From assembly GCA_024137785.1 (NCBI GenBank), contig JAHRHZ010000002.1, forward strand, positions 5,076,328 through 5,140,327: DNA of 64,000 bases, written 5' to 3'. The notes under the pieces are model-generated. The model had not been told where the DNA came from and made no database searches. It was given only the letters and a program-made list of their open reading frames with translations. Source of the DNA: Ginglymostoma cirratum. Taxonomy: Eukaryota. The translations under genes were made by a program, and so were the position numbers. Positions 1-12,074 of the stretch are shown here, piece after piece (position 1 is the first letter of the stretch; each line of letters begins with the position of its first letter).

Positions 1-47
1 CTGCTTGGCCTGCTGTGTTCATCCAGCTCTACACCTTGTTATCTCAG
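1..47 (+). mobile_element. 3' end of a Penelope-like terminal repeat (family A)
   Basis: Matches the ctgcttggcctgctgtgttcatccagctctacaccttgttatctcag tail seen at 11412-11458 and 33836-33880. Confidence 0.75.
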
Positions 48-49
48 GA

Positions 50-1450
50 GACACTGAGACCTGGTTCTTTGGAATGAGGTGGGCAACGTGTGAGTCGGGA
101 ATGAATTAAAGGACGATAATCATTGTAACCTGAGGCTTCAGCTGGTTATCGAATAGGGCATTGAACAATTCAACTTAAGAAGTGAGCATAAAAATAGGAG
201 GGTACAATGTTTCAATACATGGCTAGAGAATTGGTGTCAAGGGAGGACATCAGACTGAGAAGAATTAATTCTCATGCTGGGCTAAGTGAGACTTCTTGAG
301 AGTGGAACTGATATCCTTGCATGAAGACTTGCTTGTGCTGTTGGGGTGAGTTTAAACTAGCTTGTCAGGGGGATGGGAACCTGAGGGGAACCCAAATTGA
401 AAGGAAGTAAAGATAGTAACAGTAAGTCAAAAAGATGTTAGGGAGACAAGACAGCAGGGGAAACAACAGGCTTTGAAAGTGGAATGATGTCAAAGTTCGG
501 GGCACTCCACCTGAATGTATGCTGCATTCGCAAGAAGGTAAACAAATAAAGGCATGAGCTAATTGCCATTACAGAAACAACGGCTGCATAGTGACCGGAA
601 CTGGGAATTAAATATTCATGAATATTCCAAGGTTAGGAAGGGTGTTAAATAAGAATGATTTGAATAAGGGAAATGATAAAGGCATTAAACTCAAATTGTT
701 TGAGGTGGACTGAAAAAATACAATAAAATAAATGGCTGCATGCAATAATGAATAGTCTTTAACAACTATTGCATGACTTACAGCAACTGTGTATTTTTCA
801 AAGTACAAAAATTCATGAAAAGTCAGTCAACTATGACTAAAAAAGGATTAAAAGAAAAGATCCATAATGTTGCCAAAAATCTCAGTAATACTTGGATTGG
901 GAGGTTCATAGAATACAACAAAAGAGGACAAAGAAACTGATAATGAAGCCGGGGGGGAATAGAATGAGTGGTAAGGAAAAAAAATTAAAAAAACACTAAT
1001 AGCTTCTACATGTGCCTAAAAAGGAAAAACATTTGGCCAAAATGAATCTCGGTCTATTAAAGGCAGAGTCAGAATAATTTCTGTATTGGGCAATACAGAA
1101 ATAGAGAAGGTACATTATTACTTTGTGCCTATTTTAATGACATAGTTATCAGAAGTTTCTAAGAAGTACAGATCTGAATGACTATTGAGAATGAGGGCCT
1201 GAAGGGAATTCGAGCTAGTAAGGTCGTGCTGCTGAAATTACACAGGCTAACTGCTATGATTCCCAGATCTTGATAGTCCTTTTCCCAGAGTGTTGAAGGA
1301 GGTGCCTGCAGACATAATTGATGCATTGGTGATTACCTTCCAAACTCCTATAGATTATAGACTGATTCCCATGGATTAGAAGGTGGTAAATGCAATCCCA
1401 CTATACAAAAAAATTGAGAAAGAGAACATAGGGAATTACACACCTTCACA
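50..1450 (+). mobile_element. Heavily decayed CR1 LINE fragments
   Basis: Broken CR1 ORF1/ORF2-like motifs (LVLGNEVG-like at 60-85; PRVLKEV and GNYTP-like near 1285-1445). Homologous to 7550-9780 and 14440-16600. Confidence 0.6.
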
Positions 1451-1559
1451 TTAGGGGCAATGGGCTTTGGAGAAGGAACCTGCAATCGGATCTGCCTGCT
1501 GTCCACAAACATCAGTAGATCAGTCTCAATCAATAGTTGGGAATCAGAAAGCTCCAAGA

Positions 1560-2990
1560 TTAGATCTGGCGTCAGGCAGGGCTGCCATTTTCCCTTGCTT
1601 TGTTTGTGTATTGTATAGAAGATTTTGCCAAGTTTTTCAGGAAGGATGACAGCCTGAGAGGAGTGACTATTCCAGACAGGAGAGGCCTGGAGGTCAAAGC
1701 CTCCCTGTACGTGGATGATGTTGCCTTTTTCTGCTAAGATCCACCGTCAGTGCACAAACTCATGAGCTTCTGTGACCATTTAATATTGGCCCCAGTAAGT
1801 CGAGGTAAGAGTGAATGGATGTTCTTTACAGACTGGGCTGAGCGATCATTGATGGCCATCACCAACAGGTTAGATTAACTGAAGATGCTGGGTACATGGC
1901 TCGGAGAGACCAGAGCATGTGCTAAAACTTGGGAGGAGTGTATGACCAAGGTGAGGGAGAAACTGGGCAGACGAGAGCACCATTCTCTTTCTATTGTGGG
2001 CAAAACCCTGGTCATCAGGTGTGATGTACTCTCAGTGTTTTTGAATGTAACACAGGTCTGGCCTATTCCCTGAACCTGTGCTACTACAGTCACTTGAGCC
2101 ATCTTCCACTTCGTCTGGAGGTCAAAGATGGGCCATGTCTACAGGGAACCATTTACAAAAGTCTGGAATTGGGGGGTGCCAACACATACCTAACACTGCC
2201 CTCATTCATTTGTGGTTGGCTGCATCAAGCTGTACATACATCCTCACACACAAACACCAAATGTCACCACGTACTGAGGTTCTCCCTGTACCTGGTGTTT
2301 TGAAGGATGGGTCATGTAGTTGGATCGTTTTGTGTCACCTGTACTTCAGGAAAAAAATCTGTAAAGAAAAACACTTTTGACCACAAATCCATAAGGCGGT
2401 AACATCTGGTAGATCTTAAAGGAAAAGGAGAGGGTTGACCTATCCCATGGTTCCCTGAACAGACTGTCAAAGTCATTTGACAGAATGCCTCATCACCAGA
2501 ACTTTCTAACAACCACCAAGATGGGCAATACTTGTCACATCCTTCATGTACACCCAGTCTCTTTGTGCCACTGCCCTCGAAGTGTCTGCAGTGGTGAACA
2601 GACTGTCATTCATTACCTTCTGGAATGCACCTTTGCAAAGAGACTTGGAGATAGATACAGTGGTTATTGTGCAAGTTTGTCCAGAGCAGCTCCATGAGCC
2701 AGAACTTTATGCTTCATGGTCTGTTCCCTGGGACGCACACAGGGAGAAACATTAACTGTCCCTGGAAGACCACTGACTCGGTGAAAGCCACTCTTTGGTC
2801 TTCTCAAAATTTGTTGGTCTTCCAATGTGAGGAATTAACCTTGACAAAGTGTTGTCAACTGGCACACTGCAAGGTCCAGGGCTACATAATGAGGGACACA
2901 TTAAAATTTGGCGCATCTGCTACCAAGGCGCAGTGAGGAAAAGACCACAGTCCACAGTCTCTCTACCAAAGTATAACAGGGTCTGTTCAG
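1560..2990 (+). mobile_element. Tx1/L1-clade LINE ORF2 remnant (RT C-terminus and zinc knuckle)
   Basis: SLYVDDVAFF at ~1700-1730, LKMLGTWLG, WEECMTKVREKL, SLSIVGKTLVIRC, and CPRSVCSGEQTVIHYLLEC. Many stops and frameshifts. Confidence 0.75.
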
Positions 2991-3082
2991 TTCTCAGACC
3001 ATCACCATCCATCCCCCACTCCTTGCCTCAAAATGAATATAAATAGTTTCCTGCGAGAATAGAAAATTATCATATTTTCAAT

Positions 3083-3785
3083 GCTGCCCATTTAACACTT
3101 CGTCCACCTCATTCCTTAGAACCAAGTCTTGGTCTCTCGTCGAATTGCGAATATGCCATTGCAGAACTTTTTCTCTGAGACGCTTTTGGAACATTTGCAT
3201 TTTACTATTCTTTGTTTTGCAACTGCAGGGAACCTCTCAGGAATGTCAAATTGCAATGGATGTTTGTTTTTTTCCCTCTGCAAAGACTTTTAGGACACTT
3301 TGTCCGTACTTATGGATGATATTTTGATATTTTTAAATGTTTTCAGCCATTCCCCATCTACCTCTGGGTCCAACTCTCCCTCCTCGTTCCCAAATCCTCA
3401 CCAACTGCATTTCGGGGAAAAAACGTGTCCCCGCCCATGGATATCACGCACACTGAGCATGCTCCAAACACTGCATCTGCGCACAGCTCTCCTGTGACCT
3501 GGATAGGGGAAATTCTCCACTGCAGGGGTTGCTGGGTGATGAAATCAGCCATTAATGCTCAGCTCATTTTATTATATGCAGAATGTGGACGGGGACAGGG
3601 CATTTGCAATCATAAAAATTTGGAACCAAATTGTACTGGAACAGCGTAAAGAATAGTGAAGTGCAAGAGTTCCGAGAGCACCTCAGAGAAAAAAGTTCTA
3701 CAATGGCATATTCGCAATTCAACGAGTGAGGAAGACTTGGTTCTGAGGAATGAGGTAAGGAATGTGTTAAATGGGTAGCACTGGT
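3083..3785. repeat. ~130 bp inverted repeat (arms 3083-3213 and 3648-3780)
   Basis: The reverse complement of the right arm aligns by eye to the left arm; shared words include cccatttaacac, agaaccaagtctt and gaattgcgaatatgccattg. Confidence 0.85.
3340..3640 (-). promoter_or_regulatory. Putative CpG promoter / non-coding first exon, copy 1
   Basis: Homologous to 14040-14330. GC box ccccgccc, gcatgctcc motif, and a minus-strand GTGAG donor at 3401-3397. Confidence 0.35.
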
Positions 3786-3965
3786 CATTATTGCATTATG
3801 AGGTTTAGGACGATTATGGAACGGACATTTTTTACTTTAGATTGTTTGATGAGAGTGAGAACAGGAGAATTGATCATTTCACTACATGGTTAGAAACTGT
3901 AGTAGATAGAGGGCAACAGATTTCTCCGAATTCCATCCAGTTCTGGTGCAGAATTCTGGGTTCTG

Positions 3966-5200
3966 TCAGGGCCACTCAGCTCCTGACCTCATTACAGCCT
4001 TGTTTCAGACATGGATAAAGAGCTGAATTACAGAGGCGAGGTAAGAGTGACAGCTCTTGACATCAAGGGTACATTCGACCGAGTGTGGCATCAACAAGCA
4101 TTAGCAAAACTGAAATCAATGGGTATCAAGGGGCAAACTCTCAGGTGGTTACAGTCACACCGGACACTTTGGAAGATAGTCAGTCACCTCAGCTCCAGGA
4201 CATCTCTGCAGGAATTCCTCAGGGTTATGTCCTTGGCCCAACCACCTCCAGCTTCTTCATCAATGACCTTCCCTCCATCATAAGGTCAGAGTTGGGATAT
4301 TTGCCACTATTGTACAATGTTCAGCATCGTTCATGACTTCTTAGATACTGAAGCAGTCCGTGTCCAAATACAGTAATATCTGGACAATATCCAGGCTTGG
4401 GCTGACAAGTGGCAGTAACAGTCGCGCCACACAAATGCCAGGCTATGACCATCACTGATAAAAGACAATCTAACTACCGACCCTTGACATTCAATGCTGT
4501 TACTGTCGCTGAAACCCCCAGTGTCAACATCCTGGGAGGTATCATTGATCAGAAATTTAACTGGACTCACCACATAAATGCAGTAGCTACAAGAACAGGT
4601 CAGAGGCTAGGGATAATGTGGGCAATAACTCACTTCCTGACTCCCAAAGGCCTTTCCACCATCTGCAAGGCACAAGTCAGGAATATGATGGAACACTTCC
4701 CATTTGCCTGGATGAGTGCAGCCCCAACAACACTCAAGAAGCTTGACACCATCCAGGTCAAAGTCGCCCACTTGATTGGCAGTATATCCAAAAGCATCCA
4801 CTCCCTCCACCACTGATGCTCAGCAGCAGCAGTGTGTATTATCTACAAGACACACTGCAGAAATTCACCAAAGATCCTCAGACAGCATGTTGCAAGCCCA
4901 AGAACACTTCCATCTAGAAGGACAAGGGCAGCAGATACATGAGGAAACCACTACCTGCAAGTTCCTCTCCGAGCCACTCACCATCCTGACTTGGAAATAT
5001 AGTATATCCTTCACTGTCGCTGAGTCAAAATGCTGGAATTCCCTCCCTAATGGCATTGTCGGTCAACCCACAGCAGGTGGACTGCAGAGGTTCAAAAAAG
5101 CAGCTCACCACCACCTTCTCAAGGGCAACTAGGGACGGCAATAAGATTCTAGCCAGCCAGGCGTGCTCACATCCCACTAAAAAAATGAGTAAATAAAAAT
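3966..5200 (+). mobile_element. CR1/L2-group LINE, 3' part of RT and tail
   Basis: ALDIKGTFDRVWH, GIPQGYVLGP, FFINDLPS, KAQVRNMMEH; A-rich end. Confidence 0.85.
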
Positions 5201-5219
5201 TTCAATTGGACAAGTTACA

Positions 5220-6500
5220 TAATAATGGGACTGGAAATGATATCCTCACAGGGCTGATTCTCTCGTGCTGGTGAGGTCTGTTTGAACTAGATTGTCAGGG
5301 AACCCAAATTAGAAGGAAGCGAAGTTGGTAACATCAAGTCAAAAAGAGTCTAGAGAGAATAGAAGGCAAGAGAAACAAACTTAAGCATCGAATATGCTTC
5401 AAAAGCAGAATAATGTCAAATGTAAGGGCACTCTAACATAAAGCATGCAGCATTCTCAGAAAGGTAAATGATCTAAACACATAAATAGAGCTCATCTGTA
5501 TGACCTAAATGTTATTACAGAAACAATGTCAGTACAGTAATCAGGACTGGGAATGCAATATTCAAGGATATTCACCATTCAGGAAGGAGAGACAAGATGG
5601 AAAAGAGGGTTGAGTTGTGCTGATTTTGAGGGATTGGAGCTGTACATTAGTCAGGGAGGATGTCTGATCTGAAGGACAATGTGTGGAATCTATTTCAGTG
5701 GATATAAAACAGCAAGTGGCAATAAATATTGGTTGTATTTACTTATATGCCACCAAATGGTGGTGGTGGTGTAGGGCATGGCATTAATCAGGAGATGAGA
5801 GAGGCATGTAGCACGCATAACATAATTATCATGGGTGAATTCAACTGCATTTAGAAGGGTTAAAACAACTGGGCACGAAAGCTGTGGAGAACAGGATTTT
5901 GCAATGTATTTGGGCTGGATTTTTAGAACGGCATTTGGGTAACCAACTGGAGGACATGTTGTGTTAAATCTAATATTTTGGTGTGAAAAAGGATCAATTA
6001 ACATACTTGTTATAAAAAGACAGCACTGCAGAGGCCATGGTGAAAGAGAATGTAGTTCAGATGCTTTTAAGTTCATAAGAAAGAGGCATTTGACAGGCTG
6101 CCTGTACTTAAAAGTTGTTATGACACCAGAACTGGATGAGATGCATTCATTTTGGCAGGAAGAACATGCGGAGATAATACAAAGGGTGAACTTGGAAGCG
6201 TGTCAGGAACAGAGGGCCCTGGGGGTTTTGTGTGCATGTATCGTTAAAAGTATCAGGACTGGTGGAGAGAGTACTTAATAATGCGCAGGGCTTTGGTAAT
6301 AGGGACTTATCAAATGAAAGCATGGATTTTATATGGATTTTTTACAATACACCAGTAAGAGCTCAATATCGAGTATTGAGTCCGGTTTTGGGCACCACAC
6401 TTTAGGAAGGATTGGAAGGCAGTGAAAGGGCAGAACAGGTTTATGAGAATTGTTTCACAGATGAGGATCTTCAATTACAAAGATAACCAGAAATATGAAA
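5220..6500 (+). mobile_element. Decayed CR1 fragments
   Basis: Endonuclease-like remnants (IIMGEFN) and RT 3' motifs (FWAPHFRKD). Confidence 0.6.
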
Positions 6501-6599
6501 CAGACGGAGAAACTGGGAGAATGGAATGGAATCTTTACAGGAAAGATGATTAGAGGACGTATAGTGGAAATCAGAGAGTTTGGAGTGGATAGTAAAGAA

Positions 6600-7540
6600 A
6601 AAAAAATCTGTGAATGCTGGAAATCAGAAACAAAAACAGAAACTGTTGGGGGAGAAAAGAAATCAGATCTGGCAGAATCTGTGGAGAGAAAGCAGAGTTA
6701 ACGTTTCGGGTCCAGTGACTCTTCTGGACCTGAAACATCAACTCTGCTTTCTCTTCACATCTGCTGCTAGAGCTGCTCAGTTTTCCCAGCAGTTTTTATT
6801 TTTGTTGAGGATATTGTTAGCCAGACCTTAGAAATTAAAAGAGGTTGAGACAAGAAAGGGGGGTGTCAGATATTGACCAGCTGAAGGTGAGAGCAGGGTG
6901 AAAACTGGAAACTAGTTTTTCCAATTCTGGATGAGAGAGGGAAGCAACGTTGACAATGTCATAGCTGTACCAGAAAAAGAGTTCGAGGTTGGGATCTGAA
7001 TAGGATTGTAACTGGGAATATTTCATGTACCCCATAAAGAGACAGGCATAACTGGAGCATAACTAATTACACCTCAGCAGAAGAACAGCATCTCACTTAC
7101 CACCTGAGGACCCTGCAGCCTTCAGGACTCAATGTCATGTTCAGTAACGTCAGGACCTTCCTCCACATCCTTTATCCACTCAACTCCAGGCCTTGTCATC
7201 ACATCGGCTCCTTTCAGTGCAGCCAACCCATTTGCACTTATTTCTAGTCCCTACTAATACATTTTCTCCTTTCTTGGTATACCATCATCCATCCTTTTGT
7301 TTGCCTGATTGTCTGTCTCTCCCTCAGGGCTCTGTCTTCAGCTATCTTTACTCCTTTAACTGCCCCCACCTCTCCTACACCCTTTCGTGGGCACAGAAAC
7401 CACCTTTTTCTAAAAATGACTAGTTCTGACAAATGGTCACTGGACCCAAAACGTTGTCTTTGCTTTCTCTCACCTCGGTTTCTCTCTGTCTCTCTACAAT
7501 GCTGCCAGATCTGCTGAAATTCTATACCAATTTCTGAGGA
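6600..7540. mobile_element. Penelope-like fragments: palindromic terminus, minus-strand RT piece, plus-strand 3' end
   Basis: Inverted arms at 6610-6800; FHPALTFSWSISD on minus; EEQHL..LRTLQPSGLN on plus, followed by the terminal repeat. Confidence 0.7.
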
Positions 7541-7549
7541 ATTTAATCT

Positions 7550-9780
7550 GGTTCTTTGTCATGTGGGATCTGTACAAGCTGGAGGGGTTAAACCTTAATG
7601 GGGCTGGAACAAATATCCTTACAGGGAGATTTGATTGGGGTGGGTTTATACTAGCTTGTCAGGGGCATGGTATTAATCAGGAGATGAGAGTCTGTTCTAA
7701 CATGGGCAATACAGCTACCATGGCTGACTTCAAGCTGCAGATGGACTGGATAAAACAACTGAGTACTAAAAGCAATGGAAGACAAAATTTTATTTCAATT
7801 CCCTCTTGGCATATGGGTGTCATTGGCTGGGTTAGGATTTATTGCCTATCCTTAGTGGCCCTTAAGAAGCTGGTGGTGAGCTGATTTCTTGAATATTTGC
7901 AGTCCATCTGCTCTAGGTAAAGCCACAATGCCGGGAGGTAGGCAATTGCAGGATTTTGATTCAGCAAAGTAATGATGATATAGTTCCAAATCACAGTAGT
8001 GAATGCCTTAGAGGGGAAATAGTAGATGGTGGTGCTTCTAAGTATCTGTAACTCTTGTCCATCTAGAAGGAAATGGTAATGGCTTTGGAAGGTGTTGTCT
8101 CAGGATCTTTAATTTCTGTGGTGCATCTTGTAGATAATACACAATGGTGCAACTGATCATTGGTGGTGGAGAGAGTAGATGTTTGGGGATGCGGTGACAA
8201 TCAAACAGTTTGCTTTGTCCTGGATAATTTGAAACTTAAGTGGTGTTCTTAGAGTATTCTAAGTATACGGGGAGTATTCCATTACACTCCTGACTTGTGC
8301 CTTGTAGATGGTGGACAGGCTTTCGATGTTAGAAAACGAGTTACACAGTGCAATATTCCTCAACTTAATGAGGTGGGCTTGTCGAGTTAGTTAACCAACT
8401 AGAGCATTTTATTTTAGATCTAGTTTTTGTAATGCAAAAGTGCAAATTAATCATTTTGTTCTTAAACAATTTACTGGAATGAGTCGTTACTGAGAGAATG
8501 TTACATTATGTATGCAAATGAAATTCATTCTGAAACAAGAATGTTAAATTTTAATAAAGGAAATGATGAAGGCATGAGCGAGAAATGGTTGAAGTGAATT
8601 GGAAAAATACTGTATAAGGCATGACAGTACAAGGCAATGGCTAGTTTTTAATGGTTTGTTGCATGGCTTACAGCAATTATCTATTCCTTCATGCTATAAA
8701 ACCACAAAAAAGGTCAGTGAACTGTGGCAAACAAATGAAGTTCTGGATTGCCTAGTATTAAAAAGGAAAGATCCAAAAAGTTGCTAGTAATACCAGTAAT
8801 TCTAAGGATAGGGAGGTTTATAAAATACAATGACAGAGGACCGACAGACTGTTTAATTATTAATTAAATCTGGCAAATAAAATATTTAAACAGTCTGTGA
8901 AAGCTTATATAGAGATGTAAAAATAAAACACATGAACAAAATGAAGTTGAATGTGATAGAGAATTTATATTGGGGAACATAGAAATAGCAGAGAAGCTTT
9001 GTGTATATTTTTGATGAGAAATATACCAGATGTCTCCTGAAATAGAGACCCAGTAATGAGTGACAATGAGAAGTTGAAGAGAACTAACATTGCTAAGAAG
9101 ATTTATACTAGAGACCATAAGGTCATACTGGAGATATTAATGCAGCTTAAAAATGGATAAATCCCAAGGAACTTGTAGTCTTCATCCCAGAGTGTTTGAA
9201 GTAGGTGTCTATAGAGATAACTAGTATGTTCTTATTATCTTGTTATCTTTTCTTGCTGATTGGTAAGTAGTGAATGTCACTCCATTATTTAAGAAGAGAC
9301 TGAGAGAAAAAACAAGGAATTACAGGAGTGTTAGGCTCACATCAGTAATAGGAAAAAAAATGCTAGAATATATTGTGAAAGATGAGATAAAATACATACC
9401 TGGGTGTTGAAAATTGATTTGGACATGGTCAGCATGGATTTACAAAAGGAAAATTGTGAGACAAAATTGTTGAAGTTTCCTTAAAACAGAATTCTAAAAG
9501 GAGCCATTGACGCAGTACACTTAATTTTCAAAATACTTTAGATAAACTTGCCTTAGAAGGCTGGTTAGAAAGAGTAAAGCACATGGGATAGGAGATAACG
9601 TAGTGGCATTGATTAATGATTGGTGAACAGACAGAAATCAGTGTCAGTATAAATAGTCATTCTCATGTTGGTAGGTTGTGCTTCATGGGATAGCACAAGG
9701 ATCAGTACTTGGGTTCCAGCTGTCCACAATATATATCAAGGATTTGGAGATGAGGACCAAATCTAATGTTTCCAATTGCA
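7550..9780 (+). mobile_element. Decayed CR1 LINE with a nested minus-strand L2/CR1-group tail (~7790-8360)
   Basis: GIAQGSVLG..LSTIYIKDL and GQHGFTKGK motifs; the insert is the reverse complement of the 3966-5200 family tail. Confidence 0.65.
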
Positions 9781-10074
9781 GCTCATATCAACATAGGAAT
9801 GGGAGTAGGCCATTTAGCTCCTTGAGCCTATTCCCCCATCCGTTGCCGACCTGTGGCCTAAACCTATATCTCTGCCATGGGCTCATACCCCTTGGCATCT
9901 TTAATTAAAATCTGCCCATTTCAGATGTAGCAATCTGCGACTGCTCAAGTAAAATCAAGGCATTAAAAAGGAAAGCCAGAAATACCAGCACTGTAAGTAA
10001 AATAAACATTGCACAGAAACTGTCCAAAAGACAATGTACACTGGGAATACCTAGCCAAGACACACGAACATACA

Positions 10075-11610
10075 GAGACACCACAAGACACATATTCCCC
10101 TCCCCTGTCCACCTTCCAAAGGGATGGTTCCCTCCACGACAAGCTCGTCTACTCTTCCTTCACTCCAACATCGCCCCCCATGGCACCTTCCCTACAACTG
10201 CCAAAGCTATAACACCTGACCATTTACCTCCTCCCTCTTCAGTATCCAACAGCCCAAACATATCTTCCAGGTTAAGCAGCACTTTACTTGCACTTCATGC
10301 AATCTAGTCTATTGCATTCACTGCTCACAATGTGGTCTCCTCTACATTGGGGAAACAAAGCGTAGACCGGTTGACTGCTTCACTGAACATATATGTTCTG
10401 CCCACAAGACCCTGTGCTTCCAGTTGCCTGCCACTTTAACACATCACCCTGTTCCTTGGCTAACATCTCTGCCTCAGGCATGTGGCAGTGCTCCGGCAAA
10501 GTTCAGTGCAAGTTGGAAGAACACCTCATTTTCCACCTGGGGACCCTGCAGCCCTCCAGAATCGCAATAGAGTTCAATAATTATAGGGGCTGAACTCTCC
10601 CATGTCTTAGCGCCCTACCCCACACACCAGGCCTTGTTATCATAGTCTGCCATTACGCACTACCTATTGTTAGCCACTAACAGTCTCCATTAACAGCTAT
10701 TCACCCTCCCAGCCAGATCATTATTGACTCTTTTGTCTGTCTGATTGTTGTTATTGAGTCCTTTGTCTATTGGATTGTTGTTCTCTCTCTCTGTCCCTAC
10801 CTGTTGTTCACTCCTTATCCCCTGCCCCCATCCTATCTTCTGTATATAAACCAACATTTTCCTAGCTATGAGATAGCAAGATGTAGAGCTGGATGAACAC
10901 AGCAGGCCATGCAGCATCAGAGGAGCAGGAAGGCTGACGTTTTGGGCCTAGACCCTTCTTCAGGTCTNNNNNNNNNNNNNNNNNNNNNNNNNNNNNNNNN
11001 NNNNNNNNNNNNNNNNNNNNNNNNNNNNNNNNNNNNNNNNNNNNNNNNNNNNNNNNNNNNNNNNNNNNNNNNNNNNNNNNNNNNNNNNNNNNNNNNNNNN
11101 NNNNNNNNNNNNNNNNNNNNNNNNNNNNNNNNNNNNNNNNNNNNNNNNNNNNNNNNNNNNNNNNNNNNNNNNNNNNNNNNNNNNNNNNNNNNNNNNNNNN
11201 NNNNNNNNNNNNNNNNNNNNNNNNNNNNNNNNNNNNNNNNNNNNNNNNNNNNNNNNNNNNNNNNNNNNNNNNNNNNNNNNNNNNNNNNNNNNNNNNNNNN
11301 NNNNNNNNNNNNNNNNNNNNNNNNNNNNNNNNNNNNNNNNNNNNNNNNNNNNNNNNNNNNNNNNNNNTTCAGGTCTAGGCCTGAAACGTCAGCCTTCCTG
11401 CTCCTCTGATGCTGCATGGCCTGCTGCGTTCATCCAGCTCTACACCTTGTTATCTCAGATTCTCCAGCATCTGCAGTTCCTACTATCTCTGAAACATTTT
11501 CCTAGCTACCATCAGTTCTGAGAAATGGTCAGTGGACCTGAAATGTTAACTTTGACTTCTCTTCACAGATGCTGACCTTTTTCAGAAACTTCTGTTACTA
11601 TTTCTGACAC
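10075..11610 (+). mobile_element. Penelope-like element 3' part (GIY-YIG and terminal repeat), interrupted by a family A palindromic insert at 10869-11492
   Basis: NLVYCIHCSQCGLLYIGETKRR and LPVACHFN motifs; 16-bp TSD aacattttcctagcta at 10853-10868 and 11493-11508. Confidence 0.85.
10968..11367. other. Assembly gap (400 N)
   Basis: Run of N. Confidence 1.
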
Positions 11611-12074
11611 AGAGGCAATTCTGCCTGGGGACAGACCCTTGCAAGATTCAAGCACGAACTACTGAAAACCAGAATGTACTAGCAAGTGTAAATGGGCAAA
11701 TCAACATTTCCTGACAAACAGATCACCACTAGTTACATGGGGCAAGCACGTATCAGTAAAACAAAAGACCAAGTACTTATTCTGGGCTAAAAACCAGACA
11801 CCCAGATCCCAAAGCAGAGACATCAAACGATTCACTAATAGCAAATCATTAGCAACATTTCAAGGCGATAAAACCATTTAAGTTGATGCCCCTGATTGGT
11901 CAAGTCCTTGGAAAAATTAGCAAAATTCATTGACCCAAGTTCCTTTGCAAGGACTACGCGTCACCAGCCAGCCCTAAGTGAAGCAGGTTATAACTTGCTC
12001 GAGGATAACAATGGTAAGAATCAAACTTTTACAGTTTTGATTTTAACAACTCTACTTGTAACCACTTGAATCTT

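Noticed and set aside
10909-11417. Two 166-aa ORFs on opposite strands
   Set aside because: Artefacts of the N gap flanked by inverted repeat arms.
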